Of a stretch of DNA of 64,000 bases, positions 10,196 through 19,697 are shown piece by piece (the first letter of the stretch is position 1; each line of letters begins with the position of its first letter). The stretch is from positions 25,836-89,835 of the IMG/VR virus record IMGVR_UViG_3300032309_002614; one strand, 5' to 3'. Both the position numbers and the translations under genes were made by a program. Source of the DNA: a virus. Taxonomy: Duplodnaviria; Caudoviricetes. The notes below the pieces were generated by a model, which was not told where the DNA came from, searched no databases, and saw nothing but the letters and a program-made list of their open reading frames with translations.

Positions 10196-11269
10196 TCTCA
10201 CTCTATCTCTTATGCTATTTTGGCTGCGTGGACTGCTTATCTAAAATTCAAGTATCCGCATGAATTTTTCTTGGCATTGCTTCAGTTGTCTAAATATGAG
10301 CCTGATTCACATCAAGAAATTAACAAGATTTCAAAAGAGCTAGTATATTTTGATATCAAACTTTTACCTCCTGATCTAGCAAAATCTGCTCTTGATTTTA
10401 AGATTGAAGATGGCAATATTCGTTTTGGATTAAATTCTATTAAAGGCGTTTCTGAAAAGACGTTACAAGCTCTTCAGAGTTTCAGAGAAACGAATACTCC
10501 AACAAAGTTTGATATTTTTATCGCCGCTAAACAAGCTGGTATTAATATCGGTCTACTTTCTTCTTTAATTCAAGCTGGAACTCTAAGTTCATATACTCAT
10601 AGACGATCACGCTTAGTTCTTGAGGTGCAAACTTTTAATATCTTAACTGATAAAGAAAAGAAGTTCGCTTGTAGTGTTGGGCCTAAATATGACTATGATA
10701 TTTTAACTATCGTAAGTGAATGCGCTTTCAAGGGTCAATCTCTTAATGAAAGCGGTAAACCTTTCATGAATGAAAAGCGAAAAATTACATTCAAGAAAAA
10801 GTACGATGAATACAAGAAAATCTATGAACAGAACAAAGATCATGAGAAGTTCGCGAACTGGGTTTTTGAAAATAGGCTCTTAGGTTATACTCCAACTATT
10901 CGACTAAAGACTATTTTTCAGCAATCTGAGTGTACGTTTACAGATACAATGGAATTTCAATCTGCTTTTAAAGAAGACAGAGTAAAGATGGTTGGAGTGA
11001 TAGATGATGTTTATAAGGGCAAAACTAAAAAGTCTAATTCTACATTCTATAGATTCCAATTGAAAGATGAAGTTGGCAGCGTAAGTGCGATGTTTTTAGA
11101 TGGTGGAAAACACCAAAGATTAACAGAGTATCTTGAAGACGGTCTTAAAATTCCAGATAAGGAAAGTATTGTAGTTTTCACTGGCAGAAAGGGTGACGAT
11201 GTGCTATGGATAGAGAACATCGGAATCTTGGACGACAAGATCTACATGAAGTTATCTGACATAGAATGA
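10082..11269 (+). CDS. dnaE: C-intein fused to DNA polymerase III alpha C-terminal part
   Basis: SHSISYA..AYLK, LLPPDL..S, IRFGLNSIKGV, E...LGY, C-terminal OB-fold-like region. Confidence 0.93.
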   Translation: MRTQKIISIKPLGLKNTLDLEVNHSDHNFYAEGLVSSNSHSISYAILAAWTAYLKFKYPHEFFLALLQLSKYEPDSHQEINKISKELVYFDIKLLPPDLAKSALDFKIEDGNIRFGLNSIKGVSEKTLQALQSFRETNTPTKFDIFIAAKQAGINIGLLSSLIQAGTLSSYTHRRSRLVLEVQTFNILTDKEKKFACSVGPKYDYDILTIVSECAFKGQSLNESGKPFMNEKRKITFKKKYDEYKKIYEQNKDHEKFANWVFENRLLGYTPTIRLKTIFQQSECTFTDTMEFQSAFKEDRVKMVGVIDDVYKGKTKKSNSTFYRFQLKDEVGSVSAMFLDGGKHQRLTEYLEDGLKIPDKESIVVFTGRKGDDVLWIENIGILDDKIYMKLSDIE

Positions 11270-13671
11270 AAAATTTAAATTTAACACCAAGAGCGCAAAA
11301 GCTAATCAAAGAAGCTTATAAAATAGCTGTAGATCTCAAGCATACAGAGATCACGCATCTTCATTTATTTATAAGTTTTTTGAATCTTAAGCAGAGTCAG
11401 ATAGAAGAAGCATTTGGAAATTTTGGCATAGATTCTTTAAAAATAAAAAACAGTGCTATAACATTTTTAAAAATCAACACTACAGCACAAAAGAAAGCGG
11501 TAACTAAACCTTTATTATCTGAAGGCATAAAGACTATTTTTAAATGCGCCAAAACTATATCTTCAAAATTTGATCATAAATATATTGGACTAGAACATGT
11601 ATTTTTAAGTTTATTTGAAGTTCCTAATCAAACTTTTGAACTTTACTTGATTGATTATAATTATGATTTTGTTAAAGTCGTGGACTATGTTGAGCAAAAG
11701 CTAGAAGATGATGATATGTTACCAAGCGTTGAGGAGGAAATAAACAGTCCTAATGAAGCGAAACAAACTTTTGATATAAAGAAGTATAAGGTTTTAAATA
11801 CTTATGCTAATAATCTTAATATACAAGTTGTTAATGGTAAAATAAATAATCTACATCTTAATAAAGAACTGATTCAAAAGATCTCAGAAGTTCTTTGTCG
11901 CAAAAATAAGAATAATCCACTTATTGTAGGCGAAGCTGGTGTTGGTAAAACAGCTTTAGTCGAATCATTAGCGCAAGCCATCGTTAAAGGTGAGGCTTCC
12001 GATCTGCTTAGTCTAAAGCAGATTTATAGCTTGGATATTCCAATGATGATTGCTGGTTGTAAATTTCGTGGTGAATTCGAAGAGAAGATTAAAAACCTTT
12101 TAAAAGAAATCACAGATGATCCATATATTGTTCTGTTTATAGATGAAATCCACACAATCATTGGTGCTGGAAATCCAGAAAATGGCAACGATGTTGCTAA
12201 TATTCTAAAGCCTTATTTAGCTAGAGGAGAAATTAGCTGCATTGGTGCTACTACTTTCGACGAATACAAGAAGACTATATCTGATGACCCAGCTTTATCT
12301 AGGCGTTTTCAGATTATTAAAATCGAAGAACCCACTAAAGAACAAACCTTTAATTTAATCAAGAATATTAAAGGTGGATATGAAAATTTTCATGTCATAG
12401 ATTTTTCTGATGATGTTATTCATTTTATCATTAATAGTGCTGAAAAGTATATTGAAGGAAGATTTCCTGACAAAGCTTTAGATATTATTGATCAAGTAGG
12501 AGCTAAAGTTAAATTAAAGAATTTTATAAAGTCTCCTGAAATGCTTAAAATAGAAAAGAAGCTCAGTAAATTTGTTGATTCTAACAAGCAAATACGAGAT
12601 AAGAAAAAGATTACTTCTTTAGAAGATCTTCTTATCGAGTATGAAGAGTCTACAAAAAAGATGATTGCTAATTGGCGCAATAACAGATATCAAGTTACAA
12701 ATTCAGACATATTAGAAGTCGTCTCTGATAAAACCAATATTCCGGTTAATGATTTAAAATTACAAGACTTTGATAAAGTCAAGTTACTTAAAACCAGACT
12801 AAAAGAACAAGTACTTGGTCAAGACAATCAAATAGAACATATATATAAATGTTTAATAAGAGCGAAAGCTGGTTTTCGAAATCCAAATAAGCCTATTTGT
12901 TCAATGCTTTATGCTGGGCCGACAGGCGTTGGAAAAACAATGACTGCAAAAATAATTGCAGAAACTATATTTATAAATAAGAATAATTTTATAACAATTG
13001 ACATGTCTGAATACACAGACAAGACCGCCGTAAATAAACTAGTTGGATCTAGTCCCGGTTATATTGGATTTGATAAAGGTGGAGTATTAACTGAAAAGGT
13101 AAGAAAGAATCCATATTCTTTAATTCTTTTCGATGAAATTCAAAAAGCCGATCAAGATGTTTTGTACTCTTTGTTACAAATCCTTGAAGAAGGAAAGATA
13201 ACAGACTCTTCTGGAAAGACGGTTGATTTCTCTAACACTATGATTGTTATGACAACTAATATCGGTGCTGAAGTCGTCAATCATTCTGCTATAGGATTTG
13301 GAAAGCAGAAAGCTGGCAAATCTGATGTCCTTTCTTCTATCAAAAAGCATTTTCCACCTGATTTGTTAAACCGTATTGATGAAGTAGTTATTTTTGAGAG
13401 TCTTGAGCAAGAACAAATTAAATTAATCATTGATAAAGAATTACAATTATTTAAAACAGATCTAGCAGATAGAAATGTCAATATTAAATATTCTCCAGAA
13501 ATAACTAACTTTATTTTTGATAAAATACAATTTAATAACTTTGGCGCACGACAAGTTATTAAAACTATTCAACGAGAACTGCAAACACAAGTTGCAGAAA
13601 AAATGCTTGATTCTGATGAAAAATTAAATTTGGAAATTTCAGTTAAAGACAACAATATTTGTGTAATTTAA
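11266..13671 (+). CDS. ClpA/ClpC-family double AAA+ ATPase (Hsp100)
   Basis: Clp N-domain, [40 protein letters not shown] loop. Confidence 0.92.
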   Translation: MKNLNLTPRAQKLIKEAYKIAVDLKHTEITHLHLFISFLNLKQSQIEEAFGNFGIDSLKIKNSAITFLKINTTAQKKAVTKPLLSEGIKTIFKCAKTISSKFDHKYIGLEHVFLSLFEVPNQTFELYLIDYNYDFVKVVDYVEQKLEDDDMLPSVEEEINSPNEAKQTFDIKKYKVLNTYANNLNIQVVNGKINNLHLNKELIQKISEVLCRKNKNNPLIVGEAGVGKTALVESLAQAIVKGEASDLLSLKQIYSLDIPMMIAGCKFRGEFEEKIKNLLKEITDDPYIVLFIDEIHTIIGAGNPENGNDVANILKPYLARGEISCIGATTFDEYKKTISDDPALSRRFQIIKIEEPTKEQTFNLIKNIKGGYENFHVIDFSDDVIHFIINSAEKYIEGRFPDKALDIIDQVGAKVKLKNFIKSPEMLKIEKKLSKFVDSNKQIRDKKKITSLEDLLIEYEESTKKMIANWRNNRYQVTNSDILEVVSDKTNIPVNDLKLQDFDKVKLLKTRLKEQVLGQDNQIEHIYKCLIRAKAGFRNPNKPICSMLYAGPTGVGKTMTAKIIAETIFINKNNFITIDMSEYTDKTAVNKLVGSSPGYIGFDKGGVLTEKVRKNPYSLILFDEIQKADQDVLYSLLQILEEGKITDSSGKTVDFSNTMIVMTTNIGAEVVNHSAIGFGKQKAGKSDVLSSIKKHFPPDLLNRIDEVVIFESLEQEQIKLIIDKELQLFKTDLADRNVNIKYSPEITNFIFDKIQFNNFGARQVIKTIQRELQTQVAEKMLDSDEKLNLEISVKDNNICVI

Positions 13672-13676
13672 TTTGT

Positions 13677-13880
13677 ATGCCTTTACCTACTAAACATAAA
13701 AAAGAAACTGAACAAGAATTTGTGAATCGCTGTATGAGCGACGATATGATTAAAAATGATTTTAAAGATCAAAAACAAAGGTTAGCTGTTTGTTATTCTC
13801 AATATAAGATTCGTCACAAAGCTAAGGGCGAAACTAGTTGGGACGATGTTCGCAAAGGTGACAGTCTAAATATTCTATAA
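13677..13880 (+). CDS. Small hypothetical protein (MPLPT...RCMSD...RLAVCY)
   Basis: ATG 13677 in frame with the track ORF, GTGTAA 10 nt upstream. Confidence 0.75.
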   Translation: MPLPTKHKKETEQEFVNRCMSDDMIKNDFKDQKQRLAVCYSQYKIRHKAKGETSWDDVRKGDSLNIL

Positions 13881-13883
13881 TAT

Positions 13884-15032
13884 ATGAACGATCATAATCC
13901 TATTTACGGTATGAATCCAAATCCTCCAGTATCAAACGATACGTTTGATTTTGCGATGCCAGATATTCCTGAGCCTCCTCAATCAGAAAAACCAGAACCA
14001 AAGGACAAAGATGCGGTTGGTTTTAAATTTGGCTTTATTGGTGCTGGTCAAGGTGGCGGCAAACTAGCTGAAACGTTCTCTCAAATTGGTTATGCTCGCG
14101 TTGGCGTAATTAATACTGCTGATCAAGATCTTGCTACTATCAATGTACCAAACAAGATGAAGTTTGGTGAGCAACAAGGAGCGGGTAAGAATAGAGAGTT
14201 TGCTAAACAAGCTTTCTTGAATAGTAAAGAAGATGTCGTTGATTTTATTAAATCTTCTGTTGGTACGGATATTGATCGTATTTTTGTAACAGTTGGTGCT
14301 GGTGGTGGAACTGGTGCTGGTGTTTGCTCCGAACTTGTTAAGACGGTTAAGGAATATCAAAATACTGTAAAGGCAAGTTCTCCTTATGTTGGTCTAATTC
14401 TCGCTCTGCCAAAGCTTTCTGAAGGTAAGAAAGTTAGTCAAAATGCTTACGAGACACTAAAGGAAGCTTGTGAACTAGTAGAGCAAAAGATTGTTTCTCC
14501 TCTTATTATTCTTGATAATGAAAGAATTAATACTCTTTATCCAAAGCTATCTGTAAATAAATTCTGGCAAGTTGCAAATGCCAATATTTGTTCTCTATTC
14601 CACTTGTTTAATAATATTATAACAAAGAATAGTCAATATAGCACATTCGATACAAATGATTTCAGAACTGTTCTCGATTCTGGTATTATGGTTTTTGGTG
14701 CAGCTAACATTACTAATCATAGCAGTGAAGCCGAAATCAGTAAGGCAGTACGCGAAAATCTCAAGAGAAATGTTTTGTGCGGCGAACTTGATCTTTCTAC
14801 TGGTAGCACCGCTGCTGCTGTGGCTATTTGTGACGAAAAGACGTTAGACTATATTCCTCAAGAATACCTAGACAATGCTTTTAATCAATTAAATAGAACT
14901 TTAAAGACTAACAGCACGGTTCATCAAGGTGTTTACAAGGGTGTTAAAGAAGGTCTTTCTATTTTTACTGCAATTGGCGGCATCACGACTCCAACTGGTA
15001 AACTAGAAGCTCTTCTAAAAGCTAGTCAATAA
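13884..15032 (+). CDS. Tubulin/FtsZ-family GTPase (PhuZ/TubZ-like)
   Basis: GAGQGGG (T1), INTAD, GAGKN, tubulin signature GAGGGTGAG, LDNE, D..DFRTVL. Confidence 0.9.
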   Translation: MNDHNPIYGMNPNPPVSNDTFDFAMPDIPEPPQSEKPEPKDKDAVGFKFGFIGAGQGGGKLAETFSQIGYARVGVINTADQDLATINVPNKMKFGEQQGAGKNREFAKQAFLNSKEDVVDFIKSSVGTDIDRIFVTVGAGGGTGAGVCSELVKTVKEYQNTVKASSPYVGLILALPKLSEGKKVSQNAYETLKEACELVEQKIVSPLIILDNERINTLYPKLSVNKFWQVANANICSLFHLFNNIITKNSQYSTFDTNDFRTVLDSGIMVFGAANITNHSSEAEISKAVRENLKRNVLCGELDLSTGSTAAAVAICDEKTLDYIPQEYLDNAFNQLNRTLKTNSTVHQGVYKGVKEGLSIFTAIGGITTPTGKLEALLKASQ

Positions 15033-15046
15033 GTGTAATTAAATAT

Positions 15047-15274
15047 ATGGCTAACAATCAAGACATAGAATTTTGTTATTTTAATACTGGCACAACTATC
15101 ACTCCAACAATCGATAGAGATATTTATATCGTTTCTGCTTTAGCTTCATTTAGTGGAGATTTTGGAACTGTAACTGTAGGAGCGAATCAATCTTTGAATC
15201 CTGCTTTTCCAATTAAAATTTCTAGTCCAGTTGTCAGCGGAACTGCTAGAAGTTTGTTTTATTATTTCGATTAA
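15047..15274 (+). CDS. Small hypothetical protein (beta-rich, possibly virion)
   Basis: 75-aa ORF, GTGTAA 8 nt upstream. Confidence 0.7.
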   Translation: MANNQDIEFCYFNTGTTITPTIDRDIYIVSALASFSGDFGTVTVGANQSLNPAFPIKISSPVVSGTARSLFYYFD

Positions 15275-15285
15275 TTTTATTAGAA

Positions 15286-15318
15286 ATATCGCAGGATACT
15301 CATAATATCCTGCGATAT
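15286..15318. repeat. Perfect 13-bp inverted repeat abutting a start codon
   Basis: ATATCGCAGGATA-CTCATAA-TATCCTGCGATAT then ATG. Confidence 0.95.
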
Positions 15319-15912
15319 ATGAATCTTCAGATCTATAAGCCAAACCCTAAGAATCAGGGTTGCGCCATCAGCTTCCAAATCTCACAAAAGCCAAGTAGTG
15401 AGCCACAGTTTTATGTAAACTGTATTGCTCAACATTCTTGGAATGATCAGGCTAAGACAGGCTCATTCGCCGAGAGCCGTAACAATCCTTCAAAGACTAT
15501 CGCTATTAAGTTCAACGAGTTTGAACTTGGAGAAATGATCAACGCATTTCAGCAGAAGACTTCTTACTCTTCTTTTCATTCTAGCGAGTCAAACAAGACT
15601 CAAATTAAGCTCGCTCCCTATGAAAAGACTAAGGGAACGGGAGAGTATGCTGTTAAGTATACTGCTTTTGGTTTGTCATTTACGCGAAATGGTGCAGACA
15701 CTTTCAAGGTTCCACTAGAGCCGGGAGAAGCTGTGCGATTGATTGCTTTCATTAATAAGTTTTATTCTGTTCTTGATGACTCACGCAAGCTACCAACAAA
15801 GAGCGAACAACCCGCTCCAATAGTAAAGCGAGAAGCCGCTACTCAAAAAACTCCTCCAAAGTCCAAGAAGCCAGAACCAGTTGCTGCCGATTCCGAAGAA
15901 ATGGATTTCTAA
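15319..15912 (+). CDS. Putative Whirly-fold ssDNA-binding protein with acidic tail
   Basis: IYK..., F...E.G.MI, SFH, K.IKL.P, F.LS, F.VPL..GE...L pattern matches the two beta4-alpha Whirly repeats; flexible tail ending SEEMDF. Confidence 0.6.
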   Translation: MNLQIYKPNPKNQGCAISFQISQKPSSEPQFYVNCIAQHSWNDQAKTGSFAESRNNPSKTIAIKFNEFELGEMINAFQQKTSYSSFHSSESNKTQIKLAPYEKTKGTGEYAVKYTAFGLSFTRNGADTFKVPLEPGEAVRLIAFINKFYSVLDDSRKLPTKSEQPAPIVKREAATQKTPPKSKKPEPVAADSEEMDF

Positions 15913-17807
15913 TGCGTAAAAAACGGGTTTTAATTCATAGCAATTTTTGCAAAATGTTTACTGGCTTTGGTAAGCATAAAAAGAATCTATTATCTTATCT
16001 ATACAAGACCGGCAAATACGATATTATTGAATTAAGTAATGGATATACTTGGGAATCTGAACAATTAAAATTTGTTCCTTGGAGGTCTTATGGTACTTTA
16101 CCAGACGATCCAGAGATTCATAAGGAAATTGCTATTGATGAAAGGCGTAAAAATGCTGCTGGTTATGGCGCAGAAATGATTGATCATGCAGTAAAAGAGT
16201 TAAAACCCGATATTTATTTAGGCATTGAAGACGTTTGGGCGTTCAACGGTTTTGTAGAAAAAGAATGGTGGAATAAAGTTCATTGTATTATTCATACCAC
16301 TTTAGACAGCTTACCAATCCTTCCTGATGCTGTATCAATAGCCCCTAAAATAAATCATTATTTTGTATGGGCTTCTTTTGCTGAAAAAGCAATGCACAAA
16401 CTTGGACATACTAATGTAAAAACAGTACATGGCACATTGGATACAGATTCTTTTTATAGACTTAGCGATGAAGATAGAAAAAAGATTCGTGCGCGTTTCA
16501 AGTTAGATCAAGAATTTATTATTGGTTTCGTTTTTAGAAATCAATTACGAAAGTCAGTTCCTAATTTGCTTGATGGATTTAAATTATTTCAAACTGCGAA
16601 TCCAAATTCAAATGCCAAACTTCTTTTGCATACTTATTGGAATGAGGGGTGGGATATTCTTAAGTTATTGAAGGAGAAAGAAATTGATCTAAAAAATATA
16701 TTAACAACTTATGTTTGTAAAAACTGTAATGGATATCATGTTAAACCATTTGCAGCGCACATTATAAATTGCGATTATTGTCGCGCACAAAATAGTTGTG
16801 AAACAACTAATGTAAAAACAGGAGTAAATGAACAACAGTTGAACGAAATATATAATCTTATGGATGTATATTGTCATCCATTTACTTCTGGTGGGCAAGA
16901 AATACCTATTCAAGAAGCAAAGCTTACTGAATTGATAACACTTGTTACTAATTATAGTTGCGGTGAAGATTGTTCTACTGAAGAGAGTGGCGGCTTTCCT
17001 CTTGAATGGGCTGAATACAGAGAGCCGGGAACGCAATTTATTAAAGCGTCTACTTTGCCAACAAGTATTTTTTCTTATTTGCAGTATGTATATAATTTAT
17101 CTTCAGAAACTAGAAAACTATTAGGTAAAAAAGCTAGACAATTCGTAATAGATAATTATAGTATAGAAGTTGTTGGCAAGTTTTTCGAAGATTTATTTGA
17201 TAGTCTGCCTGAAGTAAATTATGTCTTTGAAAATAAAAAGACAAAATGCAATCCATTTTACGATGTAAATGAAAATTTAAAAGATAAAGAATGGGTGGAG
17301 TCTTTATACGAAAACATTTTAACTAAAAAAGATCCTGTTGGAGTAACTCATTGGGTTCAAAGATTAAACACTGATCTTAAAAGATCTGATGTTCTAAATT
17401 ATTTTAGAAAGATAGCTACGATAGAAAATCAAAATGCATTTCTTAATGAAATGTTAGAATCTTTGAAAGAAAATAATAATTGTAAAAAAATTGCTTTTGT
17501 ACAACCTGAAGGTGCAGAAGAAATAATTATAGCAACATCTTTGGTATCATCAATTAAGAAGCTTTATCCAGAACACGATATTTATTTTTTTACTAAATCA
17601 GAATACTTTGATATTATAAATTCTCATCCAGATGTGAAGAAAGTTCTTAATTACTTCGACAAAATGAATGATCCTTTATTTTTTGAAGGCAAAGGATCTG
17701 GTACTAAATATTTTGATATAGTTTATGCCCCTCATTTGTCAATAAATAACAATTATTTTAGAAACGGCGAAGATAAGCTACAATATAACGTTTATGAATC
17801 TAACTGA
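15912..17807 (+). CDS. Multidomain glycosyltransferase (GT4-like plus C-terminal GT9-like N-half)
   Basis: FRNQLRK, YNLMDVYCHPFTSGGQEIPIQEA; CKNC/CDYC insert; IKKLYPEHDIYFFT..YFDII..HP.V.KV. Confidence 0.8.
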   Translation: MRKKRVLIHSNFCKMFTGFGKHKKNLLSYLYKTGKYDIIELSNGYTWESEQLKFVPWRSYGTLPDDPEIHKEIAIDERRKNAAGYGAEMIDHAVKELKPDIYLGIEDVWAFNGFVEKEWWNKVHCIIHTTLDSLPILPDAVSIAPKINHYFVWASFAEKAMHKLGHTNVKTVHGTLDTDSFYRLSDEDRKKIRARFKLDQEFIIGFVFRNQLRKSVPNLLDGFKLFQTANPNSNAKLLLHTYWNEGWDILKLLKEKEIDLKNILTTYVCKNCNGYHVKPFAAHIINCDYCRAQNSCETTNVKTGVNEQQLNEIYNLMDVYCHPFTSGGQEIPIQEAKLTELITLVTNYSCGEDCSTEESGGFPLEWAEYREPGTQFIKASTLPTSIFSYLQYVYNLSSETRKLLGKKARQFVIDNYSIEVVGKFFEDLFDSLPEVNYVFENKKTKCNPFYDVNENLKDKEWVESLYENILTKKDPVGVTHWVQRLNTDLKRSDVLNYFRKIATIENQNAFLNEMLESLKENNNCKKIAFVQPEGAEEIIIATSLVSSIKKLYPEHDIYFFTKSEYFDIINSHPDVKKVLNYFDKMNDPLFFEGKGSGTKYFDIVYAPHLSINNNYFRNGEDKLQYNVYESN

Positions 17808-18987
17808 AAAAATGGCCTTGGATTGTGGAGTTAAGATTTCACAACCTTATCTTGATAGATATTTTCTTCCAGTAAGAAATGATAATTATATAATAATTGA
17901 TACACGTTGCAAAAGTGCAACTGGTGAATACGATTACTTTAACGATGTTCTTGATTTAATAAAGCCATATTTAAAAGAAGCTGGTATTGATATTTTTCAA
18001 ATAGCTACTGATAAAAACGTAAAACTAGCTTGCGATAAATGTTTCATCACGATTAATAAAAAACAAGAAAACTATTTAATATCCAAAGCTAGACTTTTAA
18101 TTTCTAATGAGAATTATAGTTTGCATATAGCTTCGGTATTTAATACGAAATCTATTGGCTTATATTCTTTATTTAATCCAATCAATACCAGACCAGTTTG
18201 GAACACGAATTCTCAAATCATCCTTGAATCACATAGAGATGGTAATCTTCCTTCTTATGGACGATTAAATGAATCGCCAAAAACGATTAATTTTATTAGT
18301 CCATACGTTATAGCAAAAAATATTTTAGATTCTCTTGGCATATCTAACGATCTTGAGCGTTTTGAATTGGTTCATTTGGGCAAGAGTTTTAATCAAAAAA
18401 TTGTAGAAATTGTTCCTGATTTTATTTCTGATGCGAATTTCATGAAAGAAAGATCTATTAATTTAAGGCTCGATTACGTTTCTAACTTAAATTCGTCTGT
18501 TTTTAATTATTGGATGACCAATAGAAAGGTGAATATTATTACTAATAAAGATATTAATATTAATATGATTGCTCCTTATAGAAATAATATTCTATTAATG
18601 ACTATAATATTGTCTGAAAATATTTCTGAAAAATTTTTAAAACACTGTAAATCTATAGGTTTAAAATTAAAAATCTTTTGCGACGTTAAAGATAAGCTGG
18701 AAGAGTATAGATTTAAATTTTTAAATTGGGAAGTTCATCAAGATTTTGAAAATGAAGGTTCTTTAAATAAACTAGACACTCTTTCTCAAAAGTCTAAATT
18801 TATAAGCTCAAAAATTTTAATTTCCAAGGGTAAACAATTTTCTTGCAAAGCTAACTATTTCGCAAATAAACATCTTGACAATTCTGAAGAATCTGTTATT
18901 CTGTCAAAAGAATTCGAACAAGAAATAGAATTCTTTAAAATTTACAATGAGCGAAAAGAATCCACATCTAGTACCTCAGTCGCGTAA
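17794..18987 (+). CDS. GT9/heptosyltransferase-like protein (C-terminal GT-B half) plus extension
   Basis: YIIID, ISKARLLISNENYSLHIASVFNTKSIGLYS resembles the GT9 I..A...IG.DSG..HLA..... motif. Confidence 0.55.
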   Translation: MNLTEKMALDCGVKISQPYLDRYFLPVRNDNYIIIDTRCKSATGEYDYFNDVLDLIKPYLKEAGIDIFQIATDKNVKLACDKCFITINKKQENYLISKARLLISNENYSLHIASVFNTKSIGLYSLFNPINTRPVWNTNSQIILESHRDGNLPSYGRLNESPKTINFISPYVIAKNILDSLGISNDLERFELVHLGKSFNQKIVEIVPDFISDANFMKERSINLRLDYVSNLNSSVFNYWMTNRKVNIITNKDININMIAPYRNNILLMTIILSENISEKFLKHCKSIGLKLKIFCDVKDKLEEYRFKFLNWEVHQDFENEGSLNKLDTLSQKSKFISSKILISKGKQFSCKANYFANKHLDNSEESVILSKEFEQEIEFFKIYNERKESTSSTSVA

Positions 18988-19696
18988 CGCATGGGGTTTA
19001 ATTGAAGGCGTAGACTATAAAACAAATGAAGACGGCTCAATCAACTGGCGAGCAATGGTTAAGGCAGAGCATCTGTTCCCGAATAGAGGATGGTTTGAGT
19101 CTCGTAAGCAGCAGATGCCCACTTCCATTGAAGGTCTTGCTGATAACCAGCTTCTTATCAAGCTTGCTGGCATTAAAGAGCTTGCAAAACTCCGAGGATA
19201 CACAAGCGTAAAATATGATGTAGTTAAGTGTGAAGCTTCTTATGTATCTATTAAGTGCGGTATAACTTGGATTCCAAATTATGAATCAGAATATGAAAGT
19301 TACTACGAAGATATCGCAAATGCTACAGTCAATAATACTTCAGATTTTGCTGTCAAATTTTTGGAGACGATTGCAGCTAATCGTGCATTCGTTAGGGCTG
19401 TAAGAAATTTCCTTAACGTACACATCGTAGGTAGCGATGAAATTGACGCTTCCAAGAAAGGCACTCCTTCAGTATTTGAAGACGACAATGAAGTAGCTCT
19501 ACCTTCTTCTCAAGGAATGCTGGAGAAGACTGCTAAAAATTCTGGATTATCTTCGTTTGAAGAGTTTCAAGAATATCTTCGAAATGCTTGGAAGGTTGGT
19601 GTTTACAAGAATTCTGATGCTAAAGTCTGGACTTGTTACAACGATATTCCTGCAAAAGAAGCTAGAATTCTAATGTCAATTCTAAAAGATAAGTGA
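18947..19696 (+). CDS. Possible single-strand annealing (Rad52/Sak-like) protein
   Basis: LIKLAGIKELA, A.A...N......ETIAANRAFVRAVRNFL..; weak family resemblance. Confidence 0.4.
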   Translation: MSEKNPHLVPQSRNAWGLIEGVDYKTNEDGSINWRAMVKAEHLFPNRGWFESRKQQMPTSIEGLADNQLLIKLAGIKELAKLRGYTSVKYDVVKCEASYVSIKCGITWIPNYESEYESYYEDIANATVNNTSDFAVKFLETIAANRAFVRAVRNFLNVHIVGSDEIDASKKGTPSVFEDDNEVALPSSQGMLEKTAKNSGLSSFEEFQEYLRNAWKVGVYKNSDAKVWTCYNDIPAKEARILMSILKDK

Positions 19697-19697
19697 T

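Noticed and set aside
13884-15032. Claim that this phage forms a nucleus
   Set aside because: Tubulin alone is insufficient; no chimallin-like gene is recognisable in the window.
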